Assembly: GCA_000934665.2 (NCBI GenBank)
Contig: KZ538542.1
Span: 1 to 64,000, forward strand
Direction of reading: 5' to 3'
Source of the DNA: Catajapyx aquilonaris
Lineage: Eukaryota
Length of the DNA: 64,000 nt
Every line of letters starts with the position of its first letter. Positions within the stretch are counted from its first letter, which is position 1. Both the position numbers and the translations under genes were made by a program. This document shows, piece by piece, positions 39,757 to 53,755 of this stretch. Below the pieces are notes generated by a model. That model was not told the origin of the DNA. It made no database searches and was given only the letters and a program-made list of their open reading frames with translations.

Positions 39757-42700
39757 TTCATGTCGTTTTATTTATTTTTATTTTTATGGTTGTTCTAAAG
39801 CAAATGGTTCACAAAAGAGCTCTTGAAAGGGCTTAATAATTGCGTAACAAAGCCTTTTGTCACGTTATTTATAGCGGCGAATCACGACAACGTGGGCATC
39901 ATTCACTATACCAAGGCGACTATGCATTCAAGCAGTAGGGGGATTCAAGGTAATTTAGCCAATTATTCCACCTTAATTATCCTTTTTAACTAAGGGGAAA
40001 AGCAGCGTTTGATGGGGCTTCCGTGAAAGGTAGCCGTGAAGCCCTAAACACACGGGCGGTTGCGGTCAACTTGCCTGTCGGCATAACTAGATATTAATAT
40101 ACTGGTACTGTATTATGCTCCCCGCTTGTCCCTGCCCGCAAGATTTGCGTGGACTATAGTCCCTTTCGAGTGCAAAGGTCCACACCAGGCAGGTCGCGGG
40201 AGAGCAACCCAGGCTGCAGACTGTCTCGCCTGGGCCCATTGCGGGCATTTCCAATTTTACATTTAATTATTCCCCACCCCACCCCACCCCCTCAATGCTG
40301 TGCGTATATACGTACCCACCATTTGTGTTCACTGCTAGGCCATTACCAAAGAGAAACATGCGGATCGCTGCGGATCCCAACTGCCAACTGATTCCACAGA
40401 GACCCAACTTGTACTGGTCACTACATTACTCCTTGGGGGAAACTATCCAGAGGTTACTGCACCTGATGCTGTTCTAACTACTTTCATGTACTAATGAGGT
40501 GGGGAGGGAGAGAAATCCTGGCAGGATAGCCATTGCATTACATACACATATGCGAACTGGGGGAACTGCCCACATTTTGGGGACGTTATGGTTGTATGCG
40601 AAAGAAAGACGCAAGCCTACACTAACCATTCAAGGAACTCGTAACACAGTATACATAACAAATTATTTAACATGCGGGTACATGGCCAGTTTTTCAACAA
40701 CGCTAAAAAAATTTACACAATTCTGAAAATGCCCTCACACTCGAGGAAAACCCCGAGAGCATACAGTTCCTTGATATTGTCCTACATTACCAAGAACAAA
40801 CTCTGACAGGTGTTTATGAGGTCAACAGAGTCGTTTTCAAAGTTTTATACAGTATACATAATTACATAATTTCTTTATTTGCAATGTTATCCCTTTCAAC
40901 TTCGTGCGTGATCTTCACTGCATTTGAATTTTTAATTGAGATTGAGTGGTTCATCTCCGATGTTCTGCTTCACAGTCATATGGAATGCGACATTCTTACT
41001 ATATTATTACAAAAACATTAACTTACATCTATGTGATTCGCATATTATTATGCCAGGGATGGTACGGTACAAGGAAAACGGTGGAACCAAAAGCAGGGGT
41101 CAATTTATGAGCCACGAATGCGTATCCAAAACCGCACCTAGAGCAAAATTTGATGTTACTTTCTCCATACCTCTGCAGGCACTACTTTTGAGATGGCGTT
41201 GTAATTAGATAGCACTGATGAAGGGCGTAAGGTACAACGGACTGATGTCAGACCCTCAACATACCACATAAACCTACACTGTGACACCTCCATTCACCAA
41301 AAGGGATGGCAAATACAAAACTGTAGGTCATTGAACGCACAACCACCCACCGCAGCTAGCGACTCGATAGGGGATTCCGACATGATAGGCACATGACACA
41401 TTCATGTGCAGCAGTATCAGTACCAGATGTCTGAGAGAAAGCACTGCGATCAAGAGTAAGTATAGGGTCCTGCAGTTGTGCGTAGGGCTATATGTACGAC
41501 CACTTATGGATTGCAAGTCATAACTCGACGTGCCCCGCAGCTTCTTTTTCTTCCTTTCTCGTTCTATTGTGGCATCTGTCTCCGCCTTTGTAAGGTGGTG
41601 CATGACAGATATATCGTCGAGTCAGCGATATACACTTTACAAATTGGTTAATACTGACTGCAATAAAAATTGGAACGATTTCCTGTTTTTACAGATAACG
41701 TGCTGCAAGTTACGCATAACAATATTCATCTTAAAAACTTTTGTTTTCAACACATATTTTAACTATTCTCGGAAAGATTTTGTGAAAGTGTCGCGCAATT
41801 TTAAAATTTTAAATGTAGACCGATAGCTCCCAATTGACATGACATCTGCTACTGCGTTATCACCACGGCTGCTGGTAGAGAGAACAAGTCACTCCAAAAG
41901 GAACTGGAGACGGGGAGAAAGGGGAACGAGGAGGGAAAACTGGCGACAACTTTGACAATGAATCGTTCCATGATAATTCCGCGTGCGAGTGAAGAACAAG
42001 TATCGAATTTCTTGTTGCCGACTTTAATGAGACGTTCTGAAATTCAAAAACATAACTTGGGCGTTACTTTGACATGCCATTCTTGCGGTAATATTTCAAC
42101 TCTTTCGAGTAACGAAAGTATAGTCGGCCGATGCCTCCTCCACAAGATTGCAATATATTCGGGAGTGAGCCCTAGGCTTCAATATCGTGTTGCAAGTGTA
42201 GTAGTTAGTTACCGCACTGAATTTCTCTCCTCGGGCGTGAAATTGTGGCGGAGCGAGAGTAGGCAGGCGGCTTCTGAGCATCAATGGCCGCCCAGCACGT
42301 ATTGCCATCACCCGCCCAGCATCCACCCAGCACCGTACGTCCGCCGACACTTATACTTTGCCATTACCTACACACTCACTTGGCCCTGCAATGCAATCAC
42401 ATCATTCTAGACGCCCCCATTCAATGGCGACATAAAGATTGAATGATCAAGCTGTAAGCGGCATCCAAACCAATATTTCAAAATTAACAACAATAACCCG
42501 GCTTCTTGAATTGGACAAGGTTCGAAGAAATTGTATAGCCAATTGCAATTTATTCATACTTTTGTCATCATAAACTTTAGAGGTCGCATGCGAAAGGTGT
42601 TTAATGAAGTCGAGTGAAATGTCACTGAACACCTCGATGCATGCGAGCATTCCATTAAGGGTCGGGTATCATCAAACTTATATCGATAAAGAAACACTCA

Positions 42701-43687
42701 AATTAGCGGATCTTTCTATGGTCTCCATTTTTATTCGATGATTATTCTCCTCATCGTTATCATTAGAGTGTATAGAGCATGTGCCTGCAGGACTTTCGAA
42801 GATTATGAGTAGAGCACAATTTCAGCAGTATGCAGTGTTTTTCAAAAATCAAGTAGGGCATTCATTATGAGCGCAAATATTCCCGCCGTAGCGATCGGGT
42901 TCAGCTAATCGCATTTGAATCCGTTATGGGTTTCAGATGTGTGATTAGTGATGGTGAAAAGCATAATCCTAACCGTAGGCCAGGGTAAAACGCTCTAAAT
43001 AACTTTTCCCACCCACCTCCCTCCCCCCACTCACACACACCAACTACCACCAAAGTAATGTCTCTCATGCATCAAGTGTGGTGTTTACACTGCACGATTA
43101 CAACCTTGTATCCTTTCAAAATTTATCAGACGTATATGCATTGCCCTCCCCCAAAATGTCATCCAGCTGGTATAAAAATTGGCTGAGTCGACAAAGTTTG
43201 CATCAGGTTACGTCGCTAAATAATTTGCCGCTCATTAAAGATACACGGGGCAGTCAAGTTTTTTTCTGCCAAAAAATTGGCGCCGCATTAACTCGTGCAA
43301 CAGCGAACGGAGCCTTTCACACGTCACAGGTATACAGAGTCAATATAACCTGAGCGGGTGAGTCAATATATAGGCCCCCGTAGCCCTTTGCTCTCGTTGG
43401 AGAGAGAATTTGTGTACGTCAACCGCACGCGCACGATTTAAATTATTATCCATGATAATTGGGTCGTAGATAGATTATTGAATTTGGGAGCCCCGGCGGG
43501 TTGGAATATCGCAATGCAATTACGCCGTCAGGTCGTTTTCTGCCGGACTACGGTTGCCGCGAATGGTCAAACTTTCATGAAAACCGGAGGATGCCGAAAA
43601 ATTCATCAGATGTCATAGCCTGGAAAACCCCAGCCTATACTGCCGGACTATCTGATGCCTTTAGCTATTGATCTTAATAGTTCCGCT

Positions 43688-43691
43688 TCTC

Positions 43692-43729
<38 letters not shown>
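43688..43729. repeat. (CT)n microsatellite near the candidate first exon
   Basis: Direct reading of the sequence. Confidence 0.95.
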
Positions 43730-43732
<3 letters not shown>

Positions 43733-44060
43733 CGCTCGCATTTTGAGCCAAAGCAAATAGACACGCTGAAATGGCAAGAGATTTGCGCGTGTCACAGCCG
43801 CCGTCCGAGAAAGGAGACAGCGGGTGGACGTCGTCGAAAAGGAAGAGTTAAGATGCATGTATGCGTCGAGAAGGGTGGATGGCTGTTGCTGCGGCTGTCA
43901 CCAGAGTCCGAAGGTGGGAAAGGTGCACACCCGCTCTGCAACCTCATTTGACTGTTGCCGCAACAAACTGGGCTCATTTGACAAAGTGGCTGCTTTTAAT
44001 GCGCGAAAATGGCCGGGGGAGGCAAGGGGGACGGTTTCCACAAATGGGTCCGGTCCTTAC

Positions 44061-44145
44061 CTTGCTGGTGAGACAATTGGACCGCAGAGAGTAGCAAGCC
44101 AAGGACCAAAATCCAGTGAACACAACAATGGGAAGACTTAATCAT
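44061..44145 (-). CDS. Candidate first coding exon: signal peptide of a secreted or cell-surface protein
   Basis: AACC-ATG context. The 85 nt encode MIKSSHCCVHWILVLGLLLSAVQLSHQQ plus 1 nt and end at CAAG|GTAAGG (phase 1). Basic N-terminus, hydrophobic core and polar C-region. Too short to appear in the ORF track. Confidence 0.65.
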
Positions 44146-44900
44146 GGTTCCTACTCTTGCCGTCACAGGTCACACGTCTTCAGGTCAAAGTAAACATTGC
44201 ACTTTCTCATGCCTCCTCTTTCATCAGCAGTAGCTTATTCTTGTCACCAAAACACGCACCCACTATAGCACAACACGACAATCTTCCAGCACATAAGCAT
44301 CACGGTCCGCTCCAGCATCATCCTTGTCTGTTCACTTGCAGGCATTGTCACATCGGGGGGACCCCCCCTGGTGCCCGGCCACACGACCACCCCACACCGG
44401 ATTGTCCAGACTTGTGGGCAGGAGGAAGGGGGGAAGGGTGGGAGGAGGGAGGGAGGGAGGGAGGGGAGGGGGGTGACACAACCGGCCGGTCCTCCCCCAA
44501 CCCGATTGTTAACCCCCGAGCAGCAGGCGAGAATATCCCATTCGGATGGCAGATGGGAGTAGAATAGTGGCGCGTGGCTGCCACTACGGCGCGCACCTCG
44601 CGAATGAGACTCAGGCGGGGGCCGCCGACTCACTCGGCAGCCCCCAAATCCCCCACCTCTACAACCCCCGCAACCCGCCATGCTCCCCTCTACCCACTCT
44701 TCCCACCCATCCACCCACCTCCCTCTAGCCATTCCCAAACCCACTGCACACTCGCGCCTAGGCACTGCCGCACACTACTACTTCACCTTCATTTTGGCCC
44801 ACACTGCACCTGTGCATACGATACGACGATCCTGCTGCATCTCAAGTCTCGCCATTACGCGCCTCCTACTTCCTTTTAACCCATCACCCTATCACATGCA
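44146..44900 (-). promoter_or_regulatory. Putative 5' UTR / promoter region of the minus-strand gene
   Basis: GC/CpG-richer stretch with no recognisable transposon, directly upstream of the ATG, including a G-rich tract at 44420-44475. The TSS cannot be identified. Confidence 0.35.
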
Positions 44901-45832
44901 CTTTTACATCCACGAAGCAGGAAAAGTTCACACACCCTATCACTTTACTTACCAAATTCCATTCAAAAATCAGCAATTATTGGATATTCGCAGTTTGTGA
45001 ATATCCTCATACAGTGCTAGAACCTGACTAGTGCACTGTATCCTTAAATCAATTAAACCAATCAATACGAATGATATTTGATTTATTTATGCTATGTTTG
45101 GAATTCCACCGTGCTTAAAATAACACGGCAGATTTAAAAATAATATTACAGCCAACCCAGAGGTACTGCGGACAAATGCATATCCTGTGAGTGCGACTAC
45201 CTGAGGGACAGGCCCCACGTGGCAATTGCGTCATCCACAGGATGTACATAACATGTACGTTTCGCAATAAAATTGGATGTATTGCTGTAATATTGTCATT
45301 TTTTCACTGCTGGGAGGGTCTTCCGTTACAACACAATTGCAGTTCAGAAACCTGCCAGTTACAAGTAAGTAGAATGGGGGACATTACAACCCCCTCCCCA
45401 AATGTTAGCCTTTATTAGTAACTGGAGGGGGGAAGGGGGTCGAACCTCCCAAGCTCCCCATCAATTCGATGCCCGATTTGGCCGATAGTATCTATCAGAA
45501 CAGCAGGGCAGTGATGATCTGAAAAATAGGGTACAGTACATGCTCGAGCAAAATATCTTACACTTTACCCACGGGTGGTCATAGATTACCTTCAATGAAC
45601 GTAATGAGGAAGTGCTTCAGTTTCGCACCCAAGATTTACCGAGGCATGAACACATGGAAACAAGTTTGGCATCACAATCCTAATCAGTAATACGTATATG
45701 ACACCCTATAGAAGTGACCCAGCTAAAGGTGAATATATTATTAACGGAAAGCATTTTGAATGATGTGTGCCTTTGCCTATCAGTATGAGGCCAACCTGAC
45801 TGTTCACCATCCCACCAAGCACATATTGAGTG

Positions 45833-46013
45833 ACTCTGGCTGCCTGCAGCAAAAAGATTTTAATAATGTCCATCAATTTCGCAAATAACTGTTCTTTGCA
45901 CGACTTGTTCTGTGCACGACTGTTCCCTTTAAAATTTAAAGGAAACAAGTCGTGCAGTTAGTTGACAAATTGATAAACATTATTTAAATATTTTTGCTGC
46001 AAGCAGCCAGAGT
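45833..46013. mobile_element. Foldback MITE (possibly a TTAA/piggyBac-type target)
   Basis: actctggctgc.tgcagcaaaaa / tttttgctgcaagcagccagagt, with inner arms gcacgacttgtt / aacaagtcgtgc. Confidence 0.65.
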
Positions 46014-47388
46014 TAATATAAGTATTATTGGCAGATGTCTACTCTAATACATTTAGTCATGAATAGTAACAGCATTTTATTCACGCATTTTCGTATCGTC
46101 TCTTTAAAAAACCACAACTTTATTAAAATCACCTTATAATAATATAAAGTTTCGGTAATCATTCTATCTGTTGCCCGCCAACTTTGTCATCACTCTTCAC
46201 CAAAGTGATCATACCTTTGTCTTGCAAGGAATTGAAATCATAAAGGAAAACATTTGCCAGAGTTAGATGAATATGTCCCATTTTGTACTTTTCCCCCAAA
46301 TTCTTGCACCGTATCTATCGGTGACGAGAGCAAATTCGAATTGATCTCTTGCTGTTGTTCCTTGTTGTGTTGCATTGTTTAATTCCACTGCTGCGTTCTC
46401 TTTGATTAACATGTAGTGATGGGCCCTTCCCAACAATAGAGTGCTGTTTAGAGTAGGGAAGCAAAACGAAGGACACATTCAGAGGTTGTCATTCTGCAGC
46501 GCAAGTGTTGTATTCAGTGAATCAAGGAAACAAGCCTTGGCGTGGACAAATTAAAGGGGACAGGCTCTGTGTGGGAGTAATTCCGAGCAATTACTTCCCA
46601 AAGAACACTGAATTAATTACGACCAGAAATGTTTAATTACACCCACAAGCTCCGTATGCAACCTGTGCCAGTGAAGGCAGAACTTTTCGACGAACAATAC
46701 TAGAGCGGCGCCCCCCGATTCCCGCCCAGCAACACCGATTCCTCCATGTTCGCAGCACAGATTGTATGGATATCTTTAAGTTTCCTGGTCAGGATTGTGG
46801 TACGTTTAAAATTCCTGGCGTTAGCCGATGCCTGCTCGATAACCCTCTACCCCCTACACTACCTCCCTCGTTCCCCTCCCACCCGGCTTTTTTGTTCTAA
46901 ACAAACAGTGAAAGTTGAGCTTAGGGTTATCACTGTTGCACTCTATCACAACTAGCTATACATGGTCCGCGTTTTGTGAATCCTGCTCTTTTATATTCTA
47001 CTCTCACAGCAATATTTGCAGACGTTCAGGTAACAAGGCGGATTATCCGTGCATCGCCAAAATATAAAATTAAAATGAAAAGTCCGAAAAAATGTCAATA
47101 TGTCTCGCAAACAAAGAGATATAACAGACTTTTTCTAAACTAAAAATCTATGGCATGTTTTATTATTTTGATTAAACCTCATTTAAGGCAGCATTACTAT
47201 GTACAGCAGTACGAGTAGATTAAAAACCTGCGAATAGCTCATTTTTACGGTGTCTATGACCATTTTCAGATTATCCGGCGACACCCGTACAATCATTAGC
47301 CCGGATAATCTGGAGAATAGTGCACTTAAATCGTATTCTAAAACGGGTTTTTTCACATTTAGGTCTATATGAGAATTTGTAAACATAC

Positions 47389-47390
<2 letters not shown>

Positions 47391-47455
<65 letters not shown>

Positions 47456-47462
47456 TAATAAC

Positions 47463-47520
<58 letters not shown>

Positions 47521-47756
47521 GATACCCCGTGATAGGCCCCTTGGGCCTCTTAGGGGATCATCTTTTGAATAACCGACTTTAATAATTTGCCTGTAATGTG
47601 ATGGATTTTGATAGTGGGAGGAAACGGGAGAACCCCGAGAAAACCCACGCGAACACGGAGAGAACCCATCGAAACTCTATCCACATAAGTATCCTCCGTG
47701 CGACCCGGGGATCGAACTCGGGACCTTAGAGGTAGAAGGCTGTGGCGCTGTCGCCC
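47391..47756 (-). mobile_element. tRNA-derived SINE with V-domain-like core and long (ATT)n tail
   Basis: Reverse strand gagttcgatccc...gttctctccgtgttcgcgtgggttttctcggggttctcccgtttcctcccac (V-SINE core pattern). 3' stem-loop at 47522-47556. TSD ttgtaaacatacat (47377-47390, 47757-47770). Confidence 0.85.
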
Positions 47757-48642
47757 TTGTAAACATACATTATTATAATTATGCCTACTTACGTACGGTC
47801 GGTATCTTGTAAGATTTTGTTACCTATAGAACATAGAGGAAAATCTGTGTGACTATCATTCCTCTCAATATATTCTATACGCTCGCACCTTTGATATCTT
47901 GAAATTATGACACTATAACTCTAATCGTGCTTCATTTGCCTTCTTTTGCGTTTATAATGACTGATTCGATTATGTATAGACCTACCGTGAATTAGTGCAA
48001 TGAAAAAGCATAATATTTAAGCTAATAGTTTTTCACAGTTGTAGGTATATATACTGTATACGGTATCATACCTGGAATATATTGGGGGTGTGATTCGATG
48101 CTGTCTGACATGACCTTAAGTGCGGAACCTCAATCCACTCTTACCTTTTACTTTTCGAACTCAATCTCATTTATTGGATTCAAAGAAGCAAAGCAATGGA
48201 CAGGGAGAAATAGAGATTTGGTGCCCTTTCCCGCCTCCCGCCTCCTCCCCTCTCGCCTTTCCTCTTCCTCCTCCTATACTTGACTATTCGCTAACCCTTT
48301 AGTTGAAGTCGGGCCTCCAGCACTTGCAGCAGAGCAAATCGGCTTATTCCTTTCTGCCCGGTACAAAGTTGCCGAGTCCAGAGAGACTGCAGGCTTCAGC
48401 TGGTGCTCTGCTGGCCTTTGGGCCCCTCTCGCCACAAGGCTTCCCACTATCCAGCTTTGCGTGCCTGCCTACCTTACTCGGACTCACTGGCTGCCCACTC
48501 TTACTATAGACCTATTTCACTTTTCTATCCGCCTCTTCTACCACCATCCCAAACGCCAAGAGATAAAAGAGATTGGATAGTTATTTAACGGGTTCAGTCA
48601 TAATTGAGACAAATTGACAAACTACATAAGTTATATGATCAT

Positions 48643-48720
<78 letters not shown>
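48643..48720. repeat. (CTA)n microsatellite
   Basis: Direct reading of the sequence. Confidence 0.95.
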
Positions 48721-50019
48721 AGGATAGTACTGATTTCAGTATCTGTATGGAGCTTTTCCACTAACCTGATCATTTTAAGCATTGGATACACTTAGGAACA
48801 GAAACGTACAGAGATTATATAAAAAATCCCCTTCCTCTCGGTTGAGGTTCTTTGCAATGTTTTCGAGACAGAATAATAATTGCTCTGGTTAACTTTATCG
48901 ATTTCGTATTCATTACGGAAATAGATCTTGATAAGACATACCACATGACTGGTGGTGGGGGAAATGGAATAATCATCAGGATATTCATTGTCACTCATGT
49001 ATGCGCTAGTAAATGAAATCATTCAATTATCTCTGCTGTCGTAGAGTTACTGGCCAAACTCGACTAGATCAATTTTGTCTAACGAAATCGGAAGGGCCGT
49101 AAATCTGAGCTGACGGGCGCACTTTTCTGACCACTTCGTGTATATGTGGATATTGACTTATAGAGTGGGCCTTGTCTCAACTCCGACCTCCTCATTGCCC
49201 CTCTGATGGGCTATTGACTGCTCCAATACTGCCACAGGGAAAAAAAAGAATAATTCGGGTTTTTTCGCAGGCCCCAATTTTGGTCCGCGAACACAATGGA
49301 AAGTACTTTATATTTCCACAGAGACCAAATCAACCTCCAATCAATGTCACTATTTCTTTATTGGAGGGAGAGCCAGGTTTTCCTAAATAAATATCGCATA
49401 AACATATTACGAAGCTGAATCCATACATTCAGAAGCACTACAGTATTATACCTTGCAATGAATACGTAAGTTGCACCGTAGAGTCACCATGTCCTGATTA
49501 TCAAGAGGGGGATTTTTCGCAAGGTTAGTAGTCTACGAATTTTCCCTATTACTAAGTACAAGGTGCTCCAACAATAAACTACTTCTTTTGCTTATGGCAA
49601 CAAATAAAACTACATTATTTTATTCCTAATTAGTTAATTAACAAATCAAAGGTAGAGTCACATAGAGTCATTGTTAACCTGAAACAGATTAGTACATGTT
49701 CAGACTGCTATGGGCGTCAGTAAATAATAAAGTGGTTCTCTATTAGGTTGAACGTTTATAGAGTGTGGTGACGCCATTTTTAGCTCGCTTATTCCTTGCG
49801 AATACCTCAATTATTAGCCTTTGCCCTTATCACCAGGGAATATTTGTAACCATCACTGTGCCATTATTATTATTTCTAAATGTCGGAAACGCACACTTTT
49901 GTCGAGGTCTGGTCATTTGCATTCGGAGTCAAAGTCCCACGAGCGTCTTGGCGAAACCATGCTACATGCAGATCTCTTTTTAGTGCGTCGCAGCAATATG
50001 AAACATTCAGTAGGCGTCA

Positions 50020-50457
50020 AGGCGTGTTTACGCCCTCACGAAGTGAGCCAAGTTCGCGGGAGAAGACGCTTTGCGAACGAGAAGAGGAGGTTGCCCTAGG
50101 TTTTCTTGTATACGAGCTCCAGCATAATTATGCGACTGTATATCTATTCCAAGTAGGTTCTTCCATAAGGAGAGACCGAACTCGTAACCTCTGCTTCTCC
50201 TCCAGCCCCCATCTACCCACTCCCTCTTACTATATTGGTCTGGTCACCCTGCTGAGTATTTTAAATATGACCAATCAGGGTCCGGGTGGAGCCTCCCCCC
50301 TTGCAACTGTCCTCTTCATCTGGCCACGCCACACTCCGGCACTCCATCTGGCATGGTGCGAGTTCGCAATGGCGTAAACGGATGGTACTATTCGTGTGTC
50401 CCGCAGAAAATTTGTTCGCTCGAACTTCGCTGACTTCGTGAGGGCGTACACACGCCT
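50020..50457. mobile_element. PIF/Harbinger-like MITE
   Basis: TIR aggcgtgt.tacgccctcacgaagt.agc.aagttcg with 3-bp TSD tca. Confidence 0.75.
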
Positions 50458-51201
50458 TCACTGTGAAGTAGAGGTTAGAGCCTTCCACACCTGAGGTATT
50501 AGATCTCTTGACCGAACAGAGAAACGGCCCCAGACTGATGACTCAAAATGAGTCATGAGAAATCAAATCGACGACATATAGCACAAACATTGTGGGTCGC
50601 AGCAACATACAGGTCCCCTATAGGACATTTCTGCATACTACTGTACTTGCTTTGTATAATTATTATGCTGGTCGTGGTGACATCATTTCTGTGCGTTATA
50701 TCCCTTGTGTTCAGCGCGCGAAATACCGTCAAACGGGGTTACCTAAGCCGGGTGGGTAACTTAAGCAATTTTGCTGAGTAAATTTCGGACACTGATTTTG
50801 GCAACACTGTTTTGAGTTGAAATGTTATTTTTCATGACATAAGTTCCATATTTAAGTGCAGTTTTGGACTGCATATTTGAATATTGTGTTTCTGTCAAAG
50901 GTAACTTTGTAAAATCTTAATTGTGTTTAGGATAATTGCATCATACATTTATACCCTACGTAACTTTCATCGCCAACATCTTCTGTTTGAATTTAATTCG
51001 CTATAAAGATGATGAAACATAACCTGAAACAGTCCTTTTAAGGTAGTTATACTGCATAGCTTAAATTTCCATTTTGGTGTCAATATACACTTAAAAATTA
51101 ATTGTTGCGTCATGTACGGGGTAACATAGGCCGCACTGCTTGTTCCAAGCCAGGCAAGAAGTGCGGGGATTAGCTTCTGGGGGTCAGGAGAGTATAGTTG
51201 C

Positions 51202-51410
51202 TAGGGCTGTGCGATATTTCGATACATCGACTGTCGATACGATATTTTCCTAATATCGAAGTTGCGATATCCGACGCTTGGCATGTGCGATGTATCGAAG
51301 ATCGCGGTGTCGGTTTGCGATATTTTGCGATGTCGGTTTTCGATGTCGGTTTTTCTATTTTCGATATATCGACTTCGATTCGATATTTTTTCGGATATCG
51401 CACAGCCCTA
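51202..51410. mobile_element. hAT-type MITE with TCGAT subterminal repeats
   Basis: TIR tagggctgtgcgatat / atatcgcacagcccta, with 8-bp TSD atagttgc / gtagttgc (7/8 match). Confidence 0.85.
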
Positions 51411-51655
51411 GTAGTTGCCTAGTTGGGAGCATTGTTGATGATGAAATGTACGTTCACATATCAGAAATATTGTTTGTTCTCTACAGCCGGTGAGCATAAA
51501 GAGAGACCGCCATACTTTCCGTTACAGGAACTGAAATTTTTAACAATAAATTTCTGGAGCAATATGCAAATGTTTATTTTCGCCCTGTGAACGGACTTTG
51601 TTACCGTGTCATCGTCAAACATAAGCGAAACACTGAATTCTTCCTGCTGGCTTAA

Positions 51656-51792
51656 CCCTGTAATGCCCACTGGGTCATATCTGGCACACCATTTAGTGCA
51701 ATTTTTGCAATTTTTGCAATTTTTTATATTTCCTGTAAGTGCCAAATTGCACTAAATTGTGTGCCAGATATGACCCAAGGAGCATTACAGGG
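51656..51792. mobile_element. piggyBac-type MITE
   Basis: TTAA-ccctgtaatgc...gcattacaggg-TTTA; the arms pair over ~50 bp. Confidence 0.8.
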
Positions 51793-52451
51793 TTTACCCC
51801 ATATCGGGGGGTAACTTAAGCCACCCCCTCTTCTCTTTTTTTTGTTTTTATCATACATGTTGTAGGAAACTTTCATCCATGTATACGTCGACCGTCACTG
51901 TATACCCATGTTTTACAACAATAAGTTAATCTCTAAAGTCAATGCTCTTGAATTGGCAGATGTCTGAAATTGAAAAGTGGCTTAAGTAACCCCGAGTGAC
52001 TGTACCTACATTGTTGTAAAAATTTAATCCTACCTTCATACAGTATTATCACATCGACACATGACTATAATTATGCAAATGAAATATATATAGGCCTATA
52101 TAATAAATTATGGAATTGCGGGCCACCCTGTAACGGTCCCTCAGCAGTGTCATCCCCATGTCCATAAAAGGCCATGCTGTGTCTGGGAGATTCAATCAGA
52201 CAGGAAAATACGACAACATGTTAATAGTGTGCAAAAGAAACTACTGCCACAGACGAGTCACACAAGTCCACAAGAGGGGTAGTACTTGGTTGGGTAGAAG
52301 GAGCATTATTGCTAACGAGGATTAGTAGAAATTATTTTAATTTTTAATATGATTACGAAACTTGCCGCTGTTTTTTTAACCCAACGACCATTATTGGAAC
52401 TGCATGACAGGTGGAATTTGCTTCCTTCATCATGTAAACCAAAGTCATATC

Positions 52452-52796
52452 GGGGAGGTGTAGATGGCCGAGATGGTAAAGTCTCGGCTTGCTGAGTGAA
52501 AGGCCCCAGGTTCGATCCCCGCCTGGGGAACTTTCCTTTCACCTGCGTCAGGAGGGTCTCTGACCTGCACCAAGGAGGTGTCTGGCAACCTAACCTCCTG
52601 GGGAACAGCACATGACCCCTTTACCGACATTGCACTTGCACCACATGTTCCCTCCTCAAAAATCCCTATCCCTACCCATGTCCTTGTCTCCTTGCACCGG
52701 AGTCAGAAGAAAAATAGTACACAGTTACTAGAAAACTGATGGTGGTGTGCCAACCCCCTAAAAAGGCTCCGCCTTATCACGGGGTAACGTAAAAAA
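52452..52796 (+). mobile_element. tRNA-derived SINE (family B)
   Basis: ggggaggtgtagatggccgagatggt...ggttcgatcccc head, stem-loop at 52754-52786, A-rich tail. Confidence 0.9.
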
Positions 52797-53525
52797 AACC
52801 TAAATCATATTTATTTAAAAAATATATTTCCCTAGCACCCTGGGCTTTATTTTCCAGTTCCTCTGTGTTTATATTGCCTGACCATGTCACCTAAAAAATC
52901 TTTGGTGCATCATATAGGCCCTACAGTGTAGTCTTACATCGAACAGTCTAACGACGTACTGAATTGCAAACCATTCCAAACTACCTTATGAAAAACCTAA
53001 CCGTGAGAGGGATTCCTAGGAGAATCCGACCCAAACGTATATTTCCTGTAATTCATTGCGACAATGTGCAAATATCTTCGCCCTCCTTCCAACAAGAGTG
53101 GTACAACACAATATCCTTTTTTCTTCACCTGGTTTTTTCGCCTTATTTTTTCTCCTCTGCCTCACTGAGAATCGGGGAGGCATCCCAAAAGTACACTTGG
53201 GAGGCTTTGCCACTTTATCATTTGGCAGAGGACCCATGATCGGGCAGCCTTTGCTGGCTTTCCCAAGAGTCTCGCTCATATTGGCACTGCATGTTCACTC
53301 TACAGGCTGTAAGTCGCGGCCCGTGTTCATCGTGCTGCTCCTTCCAAAAAATAATATGTTATAATTCCGGGCCATTTGTAGTTTGCTCATATCAAAGCTC
53401 ATTGTTAGACCCAGTAAAATACAGTGTCTCCTTCGGATACCTTTCTCAGTATACACACGACACTTGATCCGAATATCCTACATTTTGTGACGCGTCTTAT
53501 CGTGCAAAACTTCTAAAATGAAGTA

Positions 53526-53755
53526 GGACAAAGTTGGGGCAAATGCGTATTTACTTCAATATATAGCACAAGGTGGCAGGAGCTATCGAAGATCACGTAA
53601 ACGTTCACGACGACCTTTTCCCACTCTGATAAAAGTAGAACAATCTTCACTCTTTCGTCACATTGGTAAAAATGGCCGCCGAGCTCAAGGGTAGTGTTTT
53701 ACCTTCTCAAGCGAGTATGTAAGTATCTTCTGCAAAACTTATGACGAGTCTTGTA
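53526..53755. mobile_element. End fragment of the 13693-15637 pogo-like family
   Basis: aagttggggcaaatgcg terminus, with inverse homology to 15030-15220. Confidence 0.6.

Larger units (their letters stand above)
50726..52002. mobile_element. pogo-like non-autonomous element with two nested MITEs
   Basis: TA-flanked ccgtcaaacggggttacctaagcc / ggcttaagtaaccccgagtgactg, with internal gggtaacttaagc repeats. Confidence 0.65.

Noticed and set aside
44157..44879. Cluster of 100-170 aa ORFs
   Set aside because: These are overlapping Pro/Gly-rich frames caused by local GC richness, with no recognisable domain. The region is better explained as a 5' UTR or promoter.
48300..48520. Possible decayed LINE coding fragment
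   Set aside because: Only a vague resemblance with multiple stops; it cannot be supported without a homology search.
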